A DNA stretch of 64,000 nt from an uncultured Coxiellaceae bacterium (GTDB lineage Bacteria; Myxococcota_A; Polyangia; Polyangiales; Houyiibacteriaceae). Below, one piece after another: positions 63,720 through 64,000 of this stretch. Made by a program: the position numbers and the translations under genes. A model generated the notes under the pieces. The model saw only the letters and a list, made by a program, of their open reading frames with translations. It was not told the origin of the DNA and ran no database searches. Every line of letters begins with the position of its first letter. Position 1 is the first letter of the stretch. Where the stretch lies: the NCBI GenBank assembly GCA_964194675.1, contig CAXMND010000044.1, positions 5,114 through 69,113 on the forward strand, read 5' to 3'.

Positions 63720-64000
63720 CTAAACGGCGCAGACTTGATTGCGACCGAGGCTCTTCGCCCTGTAGAGAGCCTTGTCACCCTGAACGAACAGGTCTTCAGC
63801 CGTGGTCGCGTCATCCGGGAACGTCGCGACGCCGAGCGACGCCGTGACCCTCAACGGCCCGAGCTCTGTGGCTACTTCGGCGTTCTCTAGCTCCTCGCGA
63901 ACGCGTTCGGCCAGAAGTCTGGCGCCACGTGCGTCGGTCTCCTCGCAAAGGACGCAGAACTCTTCTCCGCCAAAACGCGCAACCAAGTCGGTTTCGCGCT
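63720..64000 (-). CDS. GGDEF-domain protein, C-terminal part only (gene continues beyond window end)
   Basis: VARFGGEEFCVL...SLGVATFP...GDKALYRAKSLGRNQV. The reading frame is open to base 64000. Confidence 0.8.
   Translation of the reverse strand, partial: RETDLVARFGGEEFCVLCEETDARGARLLAERVREELENAEVATELGPLRVTASLGVATFPDDATTAEDLFVQGDKALYRAKSLGRNQVCAV

Noticed and set aside
1-64000. Mobile elements, CRISPR arrays, restriction-modification or other recognisable defence systems, prophage genes, and rRNA.
   Set aside because: No transposase, integrase, Cas, helicase-nuclease or methylase motifs appeared in any listed ORF. No spaced direct-repeat array was visible in the intergenic regions I read. 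A computational repeat scan was not possible here.

Overview
This is a 64-kb, high-GC chromosomal segment (about 60-65 percent by eye, not computed). It is densely coding on both strands. I saw no transposase, integrase, phage gene or CRISPR array. The gene content is many lipoproteins, FHA domains, sigma54 enhancer-binding proteins, a Hanks-type kinase, a DUF4388-like protein and a minor-pilin/PilY1 operon. This suggests a Myxococcota-like deltaproteobacterium, but that is inference only. Housekeeping genes recognised from motifs: tatC plus a TatB-like gene, trpS, rel (RelA/SpoT), ftsK, bioA, lnt, nrdJ (class II RNR), a stand-alone 5'-3' exonuclease, fabI (long plant/chlamydia-like type), eat (ethanolamine permease), sixA, tRNA-Leu(CAG) and tRNA-Met(CAT). 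There are three accessory or regulatory blocks. (1) 18.7-30.2 kb holds tRNA-Leu and a translationally coupled fimT/gspH-pilV-pilW-pilX-pilY1 operon with a trailing lipoprotein. A four-gene envelope/FHA operon converges on it. (2) 35.5-39.7 kb holds an FHA-GAF-sigma54 activator followed by two coupled lipoprotein genes. (3) 46.7-59.0 kb is a signalling island with two paralogous hybrid kinases, two NtrC-type activators, a GAF-GGDEF cyclase and a REC-GGDEF-EAL protein. It is linked to an acyltransferase and an epimerase. Non-coding observations: a 129-nt element with a roughly 30-bp closing stem overlaps the nrdJ stop codon, and its wobble pattern favours the plus strand. Two NrdR-box-like palindromes lie 32 bp apart upstream of a long nrdJ leader. 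A conserved 27-nt hairpin occurs twice, each time directly after a TAG stop. A strong sigma54 -24/-12 match lies in front of the pilin operon. I cannot point to one definitive novel system. The best candidates for follow-up are the pilus-tip operon with its convergent FHA/envelope module, the structured element at 39.9-40.05 kb, and the duplicated kinase/EBP/c-di-GMP island. All family calls come from motif recognition by eye; no database search was run.
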